A DNA stretch of 64,000 bases from the NCBI RefSeq assembly GCF_003014555.1, contig NZ_PYGE01000003.1, positions 194,206-258,205 on the forward strand. Direction: 5' to 3'. The notes below the pieces were generated by a model that saw nothing but the letters and a program-made list of their open reading frames with translations, did no database searches and was not told the origin of the DNA. The position numbers were made by a program, and so were the translations under genes. The stretch's first letter is position 1, and each line of letters begins with the position of its first letter. This DNA comes from Haloactinopolyspora alba. GTDB lineage: Bacteria; Actinomycetota; Actinomycetes; Jiangellales; Jiangellaceae. Shown here piece after piece: positions 1 through 9,947 of the stretch.

Positions 1-2
1 CC

Positions 3-1826
3 TTTCACGTCCCCACCCGCACGGTCACCACCACGTACATGCTCGGCAACGGGAACTTCGTGCAGGCGCTGGCGGCGCACGGCACCGACGTGCTCTATGC
101 CGGGGTGACGCATGCCGCGGACACCGTCAATCTCTACCGGATAGAGCTGACCACCGGAGAAGTGACCGGGATCGCGTCAGTTCCGGGACTCTACATCCGC
201 GATCTCTCGGTGGCGCCGGACGGCGTCGTGTACATCGTCGGACGACCGAGGCCGCACGCCGACGGGCCACCCCTGTACAGCTACGATCCCGCAACCGGCG
301 AACTGACGAAGCTGGGGATCCCCGCCCCCGACGCCGACCAGGGAAGCGCCGTCGCCGCAACGGACACCACGGTGTACTTCGGCTGCGGGAGCATGCTCAC
401 CGCCGGCACGCCGACACGTGTGTTCGCCATCGACCGTGGCACCGGTGAAACGACCGACATCACCCCGCCGGAAATCGCCGACGACCTTCAGGTGGCGACC
501 AGTGGCCTGGAGCTGTTCGACGACATTCTGGTGCTGGGGACGCACGCCAGGGAAGCTGAAGGTCTCCCCGGCCACGTCGCGATCCTCGACCTACCTGACG
601 GGGAATGGCGGGTCGTACCGGACTACGAAGGGCTCGTCCTGCGTGCCTTTGCCCGCCGCGACAACGAGGTCATAGTCTCCAGCGAGTACGGGCGACTGGA
701 CGTGATCGACCTGGACACGCTGGCGGTTCGGCAACTGGATACCAGCAACGACCAAGTCGGCAAGGCGTGGGGCTTCGGGCTACTGGGCGACCTCCTTCTC
801 GGCGAGATGGGGAGCAACGTCTGGACGTACGATCTCAAGACTGGCGACGGCGAGGTGTACGACCTGGCAGAGGTCGGCGCCGAGGGCGGTCCCATGCTCG
901 GGATGTCCATAGCCGTGGACACGAGCCGACCGGAGCACGAGAAGATCTATGTCGCGGCCACCGGCTGGGTGGCGCGCCACGACCGCTCCACGGGGGCTGT
1001 CACCAAGTACCACGTGCCCGGTGAGCCCAAGGACATGGTCGTCGTCGGTGACACGTTGTACATGGGGGTCTACAACAACCAGGGCATCTGGGAGTACCGC
1101 CCGGGGCAGGGCCCGCGGCAGGTGGCCCAGCTCCCCGAAGGCCAGAATCGCCCCCAGGCCATCCGTTGGGACGACGTCAACGAGTTGGTCGTCGTGGGAG
1201 TGAAGTCCGATCCTGGCGGCGGATCGATCTGCTTCTACGATCCGGACACGCAGTCGGTGACGGCTCACGTCAACCCACTGGGCGACAGGCAGCCGCTCAG
1301 GACGGTCGCGACCGGGGACGGGATCACCTACATCGGCGGCAGCCGTGGAGAAGTCGCGGCATGGGATCCGGTGGCAGGACGCGAATCGTGGCGCATGACG
1401 CTGCCGTGGCGCGAGACCTCCGCCGGCAAGATTCCCAAGGTCACCAGTCTCGTGGTCTTCGGCTGGAAGCTGTTCGGGACCACTGAGCGGCACTTCTTCG
1501 TTGTCGACCTGCGGAACCGTCGTGGACCCGAACTCCTCTACCAGACGAACCTCAGCGCATTCACTGGTTCACGTACCGCCGAACAGCCTCAGCTCCTGAT
1601 CGACAGGGGCATCATCTACACGGTGTCGGCACGTTCGGTCGTGCGCATCAACCCTCACGACCACAGTCTCGAACTACTCATCGACGACCTCGGTGCCGAA
1701 TGGTACGGCCGGCCTCGCGCGGCCTTCGGCGACGACCACGGCATCTTCACGCTCTCCGGGCGAGATCTCGTGCGGATTCGTGACTGGGCACCGCGAATCA
1801 CCCGCTCGAACCGCAACGGCACCTGA
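3..1826 (+). CDS. Beta-propeller repeat protein (repeated xYDxxTGExT blades), 5' partial
   Basis: The ORF frame is open back to the window edge with no upstream stop; it carries recurring YD-x-x-TG-E-x-T blade motifs typical of YVTN/lactonase-like propellers. Confidence 0.55.
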   Translation, partial: FHVPTRTVTTTYMLGNGNFVQALAAHGTDVLYAGVTHAADTVNLYRIELTTGEVTGIASVPGLYIRDLSVAPDGVVYIVGRPRPHADGPPLYSYDPATGELTKLGIPAPDADQGSAVAATDTTVYFGCGSMLTAGTPTRVFAIDRGTGETTDITPPEIADDLQVATSGLELFDDILVLGTHAREAEGLPGHVAILDLPDGEWRVVPDYEGLVLRAFARRDNEVIVSSEYGRLDVIDLDTLAVRQLDTSNDQVGKAWGFGLLGDLLLGEMGSNVWTYDLKTGDGEVYDLAEVGAEGGPMLGMSIAVDTSRPEHEKIYVAATGWVARHDRSTGAVTKYHVPGEPKDMVVVGDTLYMGVYNNQGIWEYRPGQGPRQVAQLPEGQNRPQAIRWDDVNELVVVGVKSDPGGGSICFYDPDTQSVTAHVNPLGDRQPLRTVATGDGITYIGGSRGEVAAWDPVAGRESWRMTLPWRETSAGKIPKVTSLVVFGWKLFGTTERHFFVVDLRNRRGPELLYQTNLSAFTGSRTAEQPQLLIDRGIIYTVSARSVVRINPHDHSLELLIDDLGAEWYGRPRAAFGDDHGIFTLSGRDLVRIRDWAPRITRSNRNGT

Positions 1827-1903
1827 CGCTTCCACCGGTGCACCTTCGGCCGGCGAGACACCGGTCCGCTCGGCGATCCCCGCCCTCACGCACTGACGGG
1901 AGC

Positions 1904-2827
1904 TCAGTGGGCACCGTCGAGCGGCACCGGTTCGCACAGTGCTCGGCTGCGATTCGCCGCTGCGGTGACCGCGACGGTGTGCTCGATCTCCTCAGGGGCG
2001 ACGGTCGGCGTCCCTGACCGGCACGCCTCGATGATCGCCCTGAGCAGGCCGGTGAACATGAGGTCGTTCGCCTGGATCGAGAACGTCGTTGATTCGGTGC
2101 CACGGTGCACGACCCCCCGAGTATGCGGCAGCCACGCCTTGCGCCCGCGGATCGTCGCCGTGCGGCCATCGGCCCAGGTGGCGACGTAGAGTTCGTCCGG
2201 GCCGGCGGCGAAGGTGCGCACCTCGGCACAGCCGGTCCCCATCGCCGCGACGACGACGTCGACCATGTGCACCCCATACCAGAACAGCCCCGGATGGGTG
2301 GGCTGCATCGGCAACGGACCGGAGACGTCGATGCCGTCCGCCCGGTCCCCGTCGACCGCGTGCAGGAAGGCGTCGCTGAACCGCTTGGGAGATCCCGCCA
2401 GCGGGATGGCGCCGTACCGCTGCGCCTCGTCGAGCATCGCCCGCGCTTCGGCGACGGAAAGCGCGAAGCGCGTGTCGACGTAGACGGGCTTGCCGAAGCG
2501 CGCGCATCGGAGAAAGTAGTCCGGGTGCGTCCGGGCGTCGACGGCCAGGATGAGCAGCGCGTCACTGCGGTCGGCGACATCGTCCAATGCCGGCTCGACG
2601 GGCACCTCGAGCGAGCGCACCGACTCGGTGAACCCCTCCAGCCGGTCCCGGCTGAGCGGGAAGTCCTCCGAGGCGGTTCCCGGCCACGCGGACACCACCC
2701 GCCCGCCCGGCACCACACCGGGCGCCTCGCCGTCGCCGTTGAGCAGCCTGGTGAACGCCGGGGCGTGCGGGGAGTCGAGCCCGACCAGACCGAACCGCAC
2801 CGGTCGGCCGTTCCCGGCACGGGTCAT
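1904..2827 (-). CDS. Gfo/Idh/MocA family NAD(P)-dependent oxidoreductase
   Basis: The N-terminus reads MTRAG..VRFGLVGLD, a Rossmann fold, followed by Gfo/Idh/MocA-type core; the start was chosen at the M directly after the upstream permease stop. Confidence 0.8.
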   Translation of the reverse strand: MTRAGNGRPVRFGLVGLDSPHAPAFTRLLNGDGEAPGVVPGGRVVSAWPGTASEDFPLSRDRLEGFTESVRSLEVPVEPALDDVADRSDALLILAVDARTHPDYFLRCARFGKPVYVDTRFALSVAEARAMLDEAQRYGAIPLAGSPKRFSDAFLHAVDGDRADGIDVSGPLPMQPTHPGLFWYGVHMVDVVVAAMGTGCAEVRTFAAGPDELYVATWADGRTATIRGRKAWLPHTRGVVHRGTESTTFSIQANDLMFTGLLRAIIEACRSGTPTVAPEEIEHTVAVTAAANRSRALCEPVPLDGAH

Positions 2828-3681
2828 CCCTTGATCCCGGTGGCCACGATGCTGTCGACGATGTACCGCTGCAGCACGGCATACACGACGAGGCACGGAA
2901 CGACACTGACCAGTGCGGCCGCCATGATGTTCGTGGTGGACACGTCTTCGGTGTTCAGGGTGGCCAGCCCGACCGTCAACGTCCTCGCCTCATCCGACTG
3001 GCCCACGATGAGCGGCCACAACAGATCGTTCCAATGCCACAGGAAGATGAAGATCCCGAGCGTCGCCACGATCGGACGGATCAGCGGCAGCACGATCCGG
3101 GTGAACATGCGCCACTCTCCGGCGCCGTCGATGCGCGCTGCGTCGAAGAGCTCGTCCGGCAAGCCCATGATGAACTGCCGCATGAGGAACACCGCTTGCG
3201 CGTTCGCCAGCGTCGGCAGGATCAGACCCCACAGCGTGTCGATGCCGCCCAACTCCTTGACCAGGATGAACAGCGGGATCAGGGTCGCCTCGAGCGGCAC
3301 CATCAGGGTGGCGATGATCGACCACAAGATGACGTTGCGGCCCGGGAACCGCTTGCGAGCCAGCGCGTACCCGGCCATCGCCGCGGTCAGCAGGATGATG
3401 ACGACGGACACGGCCGCATAGATGAAGGAGTTCGCGAACCACCTCGGGAAGTCGCCCACCTGCAGGATCTGGGTGATGTTGTCCAGCGTGAGGTCGCTGG
3501 GCCAGGCGTGCGGAATCGTGAGGACGCCTTCGGGCGTGAGCGCCAGGACGACCACCGCGAGGAACGGCGTGACAGTGAAGAAGCACAGGAGCAGGATGCC
3601 GACCATCAGCCGGCCTTGACCGCGCCGGCGGGATGGCGCGTACCTGGCGGTCGGGCCAGGCTCGACGGTGTCGACGCTCAT
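2824..3681 (-). CDS. Carbohydrate ABC transporter permease (MalG-like)
   Basis: Six TM helices and the EAA-like motif DAARIDGAGEWRMF; the start MSVDTVEP has a GGAGG ribosome-binding site and forms an ATGA overlap with the upstream gene. Confidence 0.85.
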   Translation of the reverse strand: MSVDTVEPGPTARYAPSRRRGQGRLMVGILLLCFFTVTPFLAVVVLALTPEGVLTIPHAWPSDLTLDNITQILQVGDFPRWFANSFIYAAVSVVIILLTAAMAGYALARKRFPGRNVILWSIIATLMVPLEATLIPLFILVKELGGIDTLWGLILPTLANAQAVFLMRQFIMGLPDELFDAARIDGAGEWRMFTRIVLPLIRPIVATLGIFIFLWHWNDLLWPLIVGQSDEARTLTVGLATLNTEDVSTTNIMAAALVSVVPCLVVYAVLQRYIVDSIVATGIKG

Positions 3682-4616
3682 CACGCCTCCTTCCGCTCGA
3701 AGATTCGGCGCTGCACGAGTGACAGGGCGAGCACGACGACGAACAGTGCCATCCCGATCGCCGCGGCGTAGCCGAAGTCGAAGAACCTGAAGCCCTGGTC
3801 GTAGAGCATGTAGATGAGCGTGTAGCTGGCCCGAGACGGTCCGCCCCCGGTCATGACGTACATGGTGTCGAACACCTTGAAGGAGAAGATCGTTTCGATC
3901 ACGAGGACGAAGAACACCACCGGCTTCAGCATCGGCAACGTGACGAGCCAGAAGGTCTGCCATCCATTGGCACCGTCGATCCTGGCTGCCTCACGGATGT
4001 CCCCCGACTGGGCCTTCAAGCCGGCGAGCAGGATGAGCATCGCGTATCCGAAGCCCTTCCACACCGAAACCAGGGCCAGCGACGCGAGCACCAGGATCTG
4101 GTCGCCGGTGATGAAACCGATCGCCGGCAGGTCGATCGCGCTGAGCACCGAGTTGATCGGGCCGTCGCTCGAGTAGATCCACGTCCAGATGATTCCGGCC
4201 ATGACGAACGACGTCACGTAGGGCAGGAACAGCAATGACCGGAAGAGGCCGTTCAGTTTCACGATCGACTCGAGCAGCAGAGCGGCCACCATCGCGACCA
4301 CGAGGATCATCGGCACGAATACCGCGACGTACAGCACCGTGACGCCGAGGCTGTGCCAGAACACGTCGTCGTTCAGTAGCCGCTGGTAATTCTCGGCGCC
4401 GAGGAACGTCGCCTCGCCGTTGATGGCGTACTCGGTCAGGCTCATGCCACCGGCGCCGGCGATGGGCAGGAACCGGAACATGAGGAAAATGATCAGCACC
4501 GGCAGGACGAAGACGACACCGGCGAACGCCTCTCGCCGCTCCAGTGGGGTCCGCCGCCTTCGCGGCCGGTCCTGAGTGGCGTGCGGCCGCGAGGGCTTGG
4601 TCGCCAGGACGGTCAC
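3681..4616 (-). CDS. Carbohydrate ABC transporter permease (MalF-like)
   Basis: Multi-TM protein with the EAA motif EAARIDGANGWQTF, of the CUT1 family type. Confidence 0.85.
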   Translation of the reverse strand: MTVLATKPSRPHATQDRPRRRRTPLERREAFAGVVFVLPVLIIFLMFRFLPIAGAGGMSLTEYAINGEATFLGAENYQRLLNDDVFWHSLGVTVLYVAVFVPMILVVAMVAALLLESIVKLNGLFRSLLFLPYVTSFVMAGIIWTWIYSSDGPINSVLSAIDLPAIGFITGDQILVLASLALVSVWKGFGYAMLILLAGLKAQSGDIREAARIDGANGWQTFWLVTLPMLKPVVFFVLVIETIFSFKVFDTMYVMTGGGPSRASYTLIYMLYDQGFRFFDFGYAAAIGMALFVVVLALSLVQRRIFERKEA

Positions 4617-4683
4617 GTGGACTCCTCGGATGGATCCGGATCGAACGGGTCACGGCGGTACGTACCGCTCTGCCTCGCCGTGG

Positions 4684-5949
4684 TCACGAGCGCGCGAGCA
4701 ACTCGCGAGCCTCCTCGGCCGCGGCGGTGAGGGCTTCCTCCGCGGTCATGTCGCCCTGAAGAGCGGACTGCACGTATGGCGCCAGGATGGCCATCACCGG
4801 GCGGGCCTGCGGGTGCGGCTCACCCGGGGTCGCGTACTCCAACGCCTTGGTCATGACCTCGTAGTCGGTGCCGTCACCAGGCGCGGGGACGTCGGATCGG
4901 GTGGGGAACTTGTCGGCGGCCTCACACAGCGAGGTCTGGACCTCGGCCGACGTCAGGTACGAGATGACCTCGTAGGCGGCCTGCCGGTTCGACTCGTCAC
5001 TGATCGACGTGAGGGAGAGCATGCCCGGGTTGCCGAACGTCACCTGCTTCTCACCCGTGAGCGGAGGGCCGAGTTCGACGTTCTCCTCGCCCAGCGCCGC
5101 TTTCATCTGATCGAGCTGCGCCATCGACGTCATGTACCGCATCGCGACCTCGCCTTCGGCCAGCGGCGACCCTTCGACGGCATTGCTCTTCGTCGCCGCC
5201 TCCGGCACCAGGCCGCCGGCCTGCTGGAGTTCGACGAGGAACTCCAGCGCGGCGACGGCCTTCGGCGAATCGAAGGCGACGTCGGTCCCGTCCTCACTGA
5301 AGATCCGGCCACCTCCCTGCCACAGAATGGGATAGAACGACACGTTCAGGGTGACTTCGGGGTTGCCGGCGTAGTCCATGATCGCGAACCCCTGGTCGGC
5401 CAGGATGGGCGCATACTCCCGGACCTGTTCCCACGTGGTCGGAAGCTCGTCGATGCCGGCCTGTTCGAAGATCTCGACGTTGTACGCGGTCGTCGAGATG
5501 TTCTGGAACATCGGAACGCCGTACAGCTCGCTCTCGTATGTCGCGACGTCCAACGCCGCCTGGGTGAATACGTCACGTTCGTCCGCGATCGCTTCGGTGA
5601 CCGGCGCCAACCCATCGATGCTGCGGTAGGTGGCCAGCTGGTCGGGAGTGATCATCACCAGGTCCGGTCCGGAGCCGGCGGCCAGCGCCGCCGAGATCTG
5701 CGCGTCGCGTTGTTCGAAGGTTTGCAACTCGATGCTCAGGTCGATTTCCGGATGTTCGGCCTCGAAGTCGCTTTCGACGCCTTTCCAGTACTTCTGGCTT
5801 GCCGCATCATCACTGATGACGGGATACATCCACAGCGTCACCTCACCGCCTGATCCAGAGCCCGCCTCCGGGTCCGACGAGCCGCACGCTGCGGGGATGA
5901 CCATAACGGTCGCGACGAGCAGACCGGTCGAAAACGTTCGAATCCTCAT
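4684..5949 (-). CDS. Extracellular solute-binding protein (sugar ABC, family 1) lipoprotein
   Basis: MRIRTFSTGLLVATVMVIPAACGSS is a signal peptide plus lipobox; SBP_bac_1-like sequence; a GGAGAGAG ribosome-binding site lies upstream of this start. Confidence 0.8.
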   Translation of the reverse strand: MRIRTFSTGLLVATVMVIPAACGSSDPEAGSGSGGEVTLWMYPVISDDAASQKYWKGVESDFEAEHPEIDLSIELQTFEQRDAQISAALAAGSGPDLVMITPDQLATYRSIDGLAPVTEAIADERDVFTQAALDVATYESELYGVPMFQNISTTAYNVEIFEQAGIDELPTTWEQVREYAPILADQGFAIMDYAGNPEVTLNVSFYPILWQGGGRIFSEDGTDVAFDSPKAVAALEFLVELQQAGGLVPEAATKSNAVEGSPLAEGEVAMRYMTSMAQLDQMKAALGEENVELGPPLTGEKQVTFGNPGMLSLTSISDESNRQAAYEVISYLTSAEVQTSLCEAADKFPTRSDVPAPGDGTDYEVMTKALEYATPGEPHPQARPVMAILAPYVQSALQGDMTAEEALTAAAEEARELLARS

Positions 5950-5995
5950 TGACTCTCTCTCCTCACAGGTCTCGGCCCGTTCTCGAAACGGGGGC

Positions 5996-7423
5996 TCAAT
6001 GGACCGGCTCGTCGGATGTCGCGGGCGGCACCGCACGAGGTCCCGTGGTTCGCGCGTTCGTCGGCTTGACCACTTCCTTCAGGGTCGCGAGTACCTGAGC
6101 GTGCTGAGGTGACGTCACAGCCCCGTGGATCAGCGGATCTTCCATCTCTCGCATCCACGTCATGAGCGCGTCGCCGAGCGCTGCGGTGACATGGGCATGT
6201 CCATGTTTCTCGGCCAGGTTGACCGTCTCACCCGGATCGGAGGTGAGGTCGTAGAGCTCGACGGGCGGGCAGGTGCGGACGCCGTCGCGCCGGACCTCGC
6301 GCGGTGTCGTTCGCCGCGCCCATGACTGTGTCGGATCCATCGGCTGCGGCGCGTTGGAGAAGTTGACGATGAGCTTGTGCGTCTCGGAACGCACTGATCG
6401 TTTCGGGTCGTAGTAGTTGTGGTAGGTCATCTGGCCGTAACTGTGTTCGGAGGCGGTCGCGCCCTGCTCGACCAGCGGCACCAGGCTGTTGCCGTGCGTC
6501 CCGGTCTCGGGCGGGAACTCCAGCAGCTCCAGGATGGTGGGCCGGACGTCGACGTGACTCACCAGGCCATCGACGCGAACGCCGGACCATGCGGCTCGGA
6601 ACGGAGCACGTACCAGGAGAGCAACCTCGAGCCCTGGGTCGTACAGCGCACACTTGGCCCGGGGCAACGCCAGGCCGTGGTCGGTGGTGAAGACGACCAC
6701 CGTCGACTCCCGCAGCCCTGCGGTGTCGAGGGCGTCGAGGACCCGTCCGACCTGGTGGTCCATGAAACGGACCGCACCCTGCAGCTCGGCCATTTCCCCG
6801 CGTGCCGTCTCGTCGTCGTACAGGTAGTCCGGCACGGTCACGCCGAGGGACGCGTCCGGGTCGATGTGGTCCCCGAGGAATCCCATCACGCCCGGCTCGT
6901 CGCGCCGGGAGGGAATGCGATGTGGTTCGTAGAAGCCGACCTGCAGGTAGAACGGCTGTCCGGACTCGGCGCACTCGGACAGCGCGGCGATAGCGCGGTC
7001 GGCCACGACGTCGCCCATGCCGCCGGTCCGCACGCTGTCGAAGCCGAGCCGCCGGGCCACCGTGTCGTCTGCCAGCACTCGTGATTCGTGCTGCACGCCG
7101 ACCAACGCCGTGTGGTAACCGGCGCTCCCGAGGTGATGGGCCACGTGATCCATCGGATCGCGGAGGTCCCAGCTGAAAGGCGCGTGCGTGAGCCCGAGGA
7201 CGCCGTTCTGCTGCGGGTACCGGCCAGTGAACAGCGCCGCCCTGGACGGACTGCATTGCGGGGCAGCCGCGAAGGCCCGCTCGAACACGACACTCTGCCC
7301 GGCGAGCCGGTCGAGGTTCGGCGTGTGAACCGTGGATATCCCGTACGGTCCGATGAACCTTCCCAGGTCGTGACAGTTGATCAGAAGGACGTTGAACGGT
7401 CCTGTGACGTGTGGCCGACTCAT
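5996..7423 (-). CDS. Cys-type sulfatase (arylsulfatase family), no signal peptide
   Basis: The sulfatase signature C-S-P-S-R (formylglycine site) sits in PQCSPSRAALFTGR; 475 aa beginning MSRPHVTGPFNVLLINCHD. The listed 800-aa ORF is an artefact that extends through the upstream gene in another frame. Confidence 0.85.
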   Translation of the reverse strand: MSRPHVTGPFNVLLINCHDLGRFIGPYGISTVHTPNLDRLAGQSVVFERAFAAAPQCSPSRAALFTGRYPQQNGVLGLTHAPFSWDLRDPMDHVAHHLGSAGYHTALVGVQHESRVLADDTVARRLGFDSVRTGGMGDVVADRAIAALSECAESGQPFYLQVGFYEPHRIPSRRDEPGVMGFLGDHIDPDASLGVTVPDYLYDDETARGEMAELQGAVRFMDHQVGRVLDALDTAGLRESTVVVFTTDHGLALPRAKCALYDPGLEVALLVRAPFRAAWSGVRVDGLVSHVDVRPTILELLEFPPETGTHGNSLVPLVEQGATASEHSYGQMTYHNYYDPKRSVRSETHKLIVNFSNAPQPMDPTQSWARRTTPREVRRDGVRTCPPVELYDLTSDPGETVNLAEKHGHAHVTAALGDALMTWMREMEDPLIHGAVTSPQHAQVLATLKEVVKPTNARTTGPRAVPPATSDEPVH

Positions 7424-8487
7424 CCGATCCTCTCCAGCGCGGGACGATGAACCTCGTGTTCCAGAGCCCGTCCGGAGATGAAGCGCTCGATCTCGGAGAC
7501 GACGATCTGTCCGGCGCGGAGTCTCGACTGCACCGATGCTCCGCCGAGGTGTGGGGTGAGAAGCACGTTCGGCAAGGCCCGCCAGCGATCGTCGGGCGGG
7601 AGGGGTTCGACGTCGAAGACGTCCAGGGCAACGTCGAGTCGGCCGGACGCGGCCTCGTCGTAGAGAGCGTCCATGTCGACCAATGGCGACCGCGCCGTGT
7701 TGACGACGACGCCGCCGTCGCGGATCGATGCCAGTTGACCCCGGCCGAGCATGCCTTTCGACTCCTCGGTCAGCGGGGCATGGATCGCGACCACGTCGCA
7801 CGAGGCCAGCAGTGACTCGAGCGTCGCGGACCGATCGCTCAGCGGGTCGTCGTGGCGCAGGTAGGGATCGTGGACGAGCACGTCGGCACCGAGCGCCTGG
7901 CACCTTTCGACGTAGCTGCGTCCGGTGCGCGACGCGCCAACGACGCCGACCCGGGCGCCTGCGATCTCCACGCCACGTCTCGCCGTCCTGGCAACCTGCC
8001 ACTCGGATCCGTCGTGAAGCGCGTGATCCTGTTCCGGGATTCGTCGGAGCAACGCCAACGTGAACGCCAGCGAGAGCTCCGCTACCGAGGCCGCCATGGC
8101 AGCTCCGGCTTGCGAGATCCGCACGCCGGACGTCCAGAACTCGTCCGTGACCAGGAACTTTACCGACGAGCCAGTGTGCGTGACCAGGCGTAGCTGCGGT
8201 GCGAGCACGAGGCGTTCCGCGGACAGCGATGGGAACCCCCAGCTCGTGATCGCGATCTGCACACCATCGAACGACTGCGCGAACCCGTGAGCGCTGTCCA
8301 GCACCTGCCGGTCCACGATGCGCACATCGCATCGTGCCTCGAGGCGCTGCAACGTGCTGGCTGGGAAGAATGCGCCGCGTTCGGGTTCCGCGACGCACAG
8401 GACGGCCGACCAGCCCTGGCTGGGCGAGATCTCGTCGCTTCGTTGCACGGCCGCTCCAGATTCGATCTGTGTCTCGGCGAGATGCAT
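7420..8487 (-). CDS. D-isomer-specific 2-hydroxyacid dehydrogenase
   Basis: NAD-binding motif GVVGASRTGRS and catalytic R/E/H region (..TPHLGGAS..); overlaps the sulfatase start as ATGA. Confidence 0.8.
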   Translation of the reverse strand: MHLAETQIESGAAVQRSDEISPSQGWSAVLCVAEPERGAFFPASTLQRLEARCDVRIVDRQVLDSAHGFAQSFDGVQIAITSWGFPSLSAERLVLAPQLRLVTHTGSSVKFLVTDEFWTSGVRISQAGAAMAASVAELSLAFTLALLRRIPEQDHALHDGSEWQVARTARRGVEIAGARVGVVGASRTGRSYVERCQALGADVLVHDPYLRHDDPLSDRSATLESLLASCDVVAIHAPLTEESKGMLGRGQLASIRDGGVVVNTARSPLVDMDALYDEAASGRLDVALDVFDVEPLPPDDRWRALPNVLLTPHLGGASVQSRLRAGQIVVSEIERFISGRALEHEVHRPALERIG

Positions 8488-8540
8488 CCCAGCGCTCCGC
8501 GCCAGGTGAGGGCGACGGTAGTCAGAACGCGAGATTTTTG

Positions 8541-8566
8541 TCAATGACCGAAGTAAGTATCATTGG
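8541..8566. promoter_or_regulatory. Inverted repeat CAATGA-N12-TCATTG in the divergent promoter region (candidate ROK operator)
   Basis: AT-rich palindrome in the roughly 200-bp divergent intergenic region between the ROK regulator and the sulfatase operon. Confidence 0.35.
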
Positions 8567-8684
8567 AGGGCCCCGCCGCGATCGATCGCTACGACGGGGC
8601 GACGCGATGCGGACGAGTATCGTGCTCATGCAGCCGAGGACGCGTGACGTAGGGGCACGTCCGCAAGAGGGAAGCGAGGCGACG

Positions 8685-9875
8685 ATGCCGCCAAGGCCGG
8701 GCAGTAAGCAATTGATTCGTGAGATCAACGAAGCCCTCGTCATGGACACGGTCCGGCGACACGGGACGGTGTCACGCGCGAACATCTCCCAAGCGACCGG
8801 GCTGAGCCCGGCGACCGTGACGGGCATCACCGGCAAGCTCATGCTCGCCGGCTACCTGGAGGAGTCGGGCGCGTTGCGGACGTCGGCTGGGCGCCCGTCA
8901 CAGATGCTCATGCTGAGCAAAGGCGGCGTGCGAGCCATCGGCGTCCGGCTCTCGGTGAACGTGGTCGACGTGGTGGCGCTCAACCTCAACGGCGAGGTGG
9001 TCATGACGCACACGCAACCGTGGCAGGGTCGATCCCCGGACGACGCGGCCGCGGCGATCGAGAACGCGATCGATGACCTGCGTTCGAGGGTCTCCGGCGG
9101 CGAGCAGTTCATCGGCGTCGGGGTCGCCGTCTCCGGCATCGTCAACCACTCGACCGGATTCGTCACCCATAGTGGATCTCTCAACTGGGAGAACGTACCG
9201 CTCCGAGAGATTCTCACGGAACGGCTCGGCGTCCCGGTGGAGATCGACAACTACGTGAACGCCTACGCTCTCGGCCTTCTCCTCTTCAACCAGCGAGCCA
9301 GCTTGCGCGACGTACTCCTCGTCAACGTTGGCGCGAGCGTCGGGATGTCGCTCGTGGTCGGTGGGAGGATCTACCGGGGCGCCGACGGTACCGCCGGTGG
9401 TCTCGCGCACACGCGGGTCGACCTGACCGGCGAGGACGGTCGAGCATGCCACTGCGGCAACAGCGGTTGCGTCGAGACCGTGGCCAGCCAGTGGGGAATC
9501 GAGAGCGAACTGGCGCGGCGTGGCTCCGTCGTCGGGCCCGAGTCGCTCGCCGCCGACGGCGACGATCCAGACCTGCGCGCCGCACTGGCCCACGCCGGCT
9601 CGGTTCTGGGACGCGCGGTGGCGAACGCGGCGAAGATGTTCGGGCCGCACCAAGTGCTGATCGCGTTCGCCTCCAACCTTCGCTCCCGGCACCTGGTCGA
9701 GCATGTCGACGGCGCTTACTCCCGAGCCTACGGAAACGACAATCGGCCGCCGCCCGAAATCGAGATCGTCACCGCGGATGACACGTCATGGGCGTACGGC
9801 GCGGGTTGCGAGGTTCTCGCGGGCCTGTTCCAGGTCGACATCGAAGTGGAGCCGCCTCACCGGGAGCCAACGTGA
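8685..9875 (+). CDS. ROK family transcriptional regulator
   Basis: The N-terminal HTH (QLIREINEALVMDTVRR..ISQATGLSPATVTG) is followed by a ROK sugar-kinase-like domain with the CxCGxxGC zinc motif (CHCGNSGCVE); a GAGGGAAG ribosome-binding site precedes the ATG at 8685. Confidence 0.8.
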   Translation: MPPRPGSKQLIREINEALVMDTVRRHGTVSRANISQATGLSPATVTGITGKLMLAGYLEESGALRTSAGRPSQMLMLSKGGVRAIGVRLSVNVVDVVALNLNGEVVMTHTQPWQGRSPDDAAAAIENAIDDLRSRVSGGEQFIGVGVAVSGIVNHSTGFVTHSGSLNWENVPLREILTERLGVPVEIDNYVNAYALGLLLFNQRASLRDVLLVNVGASVGMSLVVGGRIYRGADGTAGGLAHTRVDLTGEDGRACHCGNSGCVETVASQWGIESELARRGSVVGPESLAADGDDPDLRAALAHAGSVLGRAVANAAKMFGPHQVLIAFASNLRSRHLVEHVDGAYSRAYGNDNRPPPEIEIVTADDTSWAYGAGCEVLAGLFQVDIEVEPPHREPT

Positions 9876-9890
9876 ACACGCCCGATCATT

Positions 9891-9915
9891 GCCCGGCGCC
9901 GGAGGGCCGGGCTTC
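9891..9915. terminator. GC hairpin between convergent genes (possible bidirectional terminator)
   Basis: GCCCGGC-gccggagg-GCCGGGC followed by TTCC; it sits between the ROK stop and the cimA stop. Confidence 0.3.
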
Positions 9916-9947
9916 CCGACCGGGCCCACGTGGACGGGTCGAGCCGG

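Noticed and set aside
5996-8398. An 800-aa protein, and likewise 857-aa and 900-aa proteins at 40391..42964 and 39222..41924.
   Set aside because: These are out-of-frame read-through across upstream genes. The real genes start at conserved N-termini with ribosome-binding sites (7423, 41875 and 40391).
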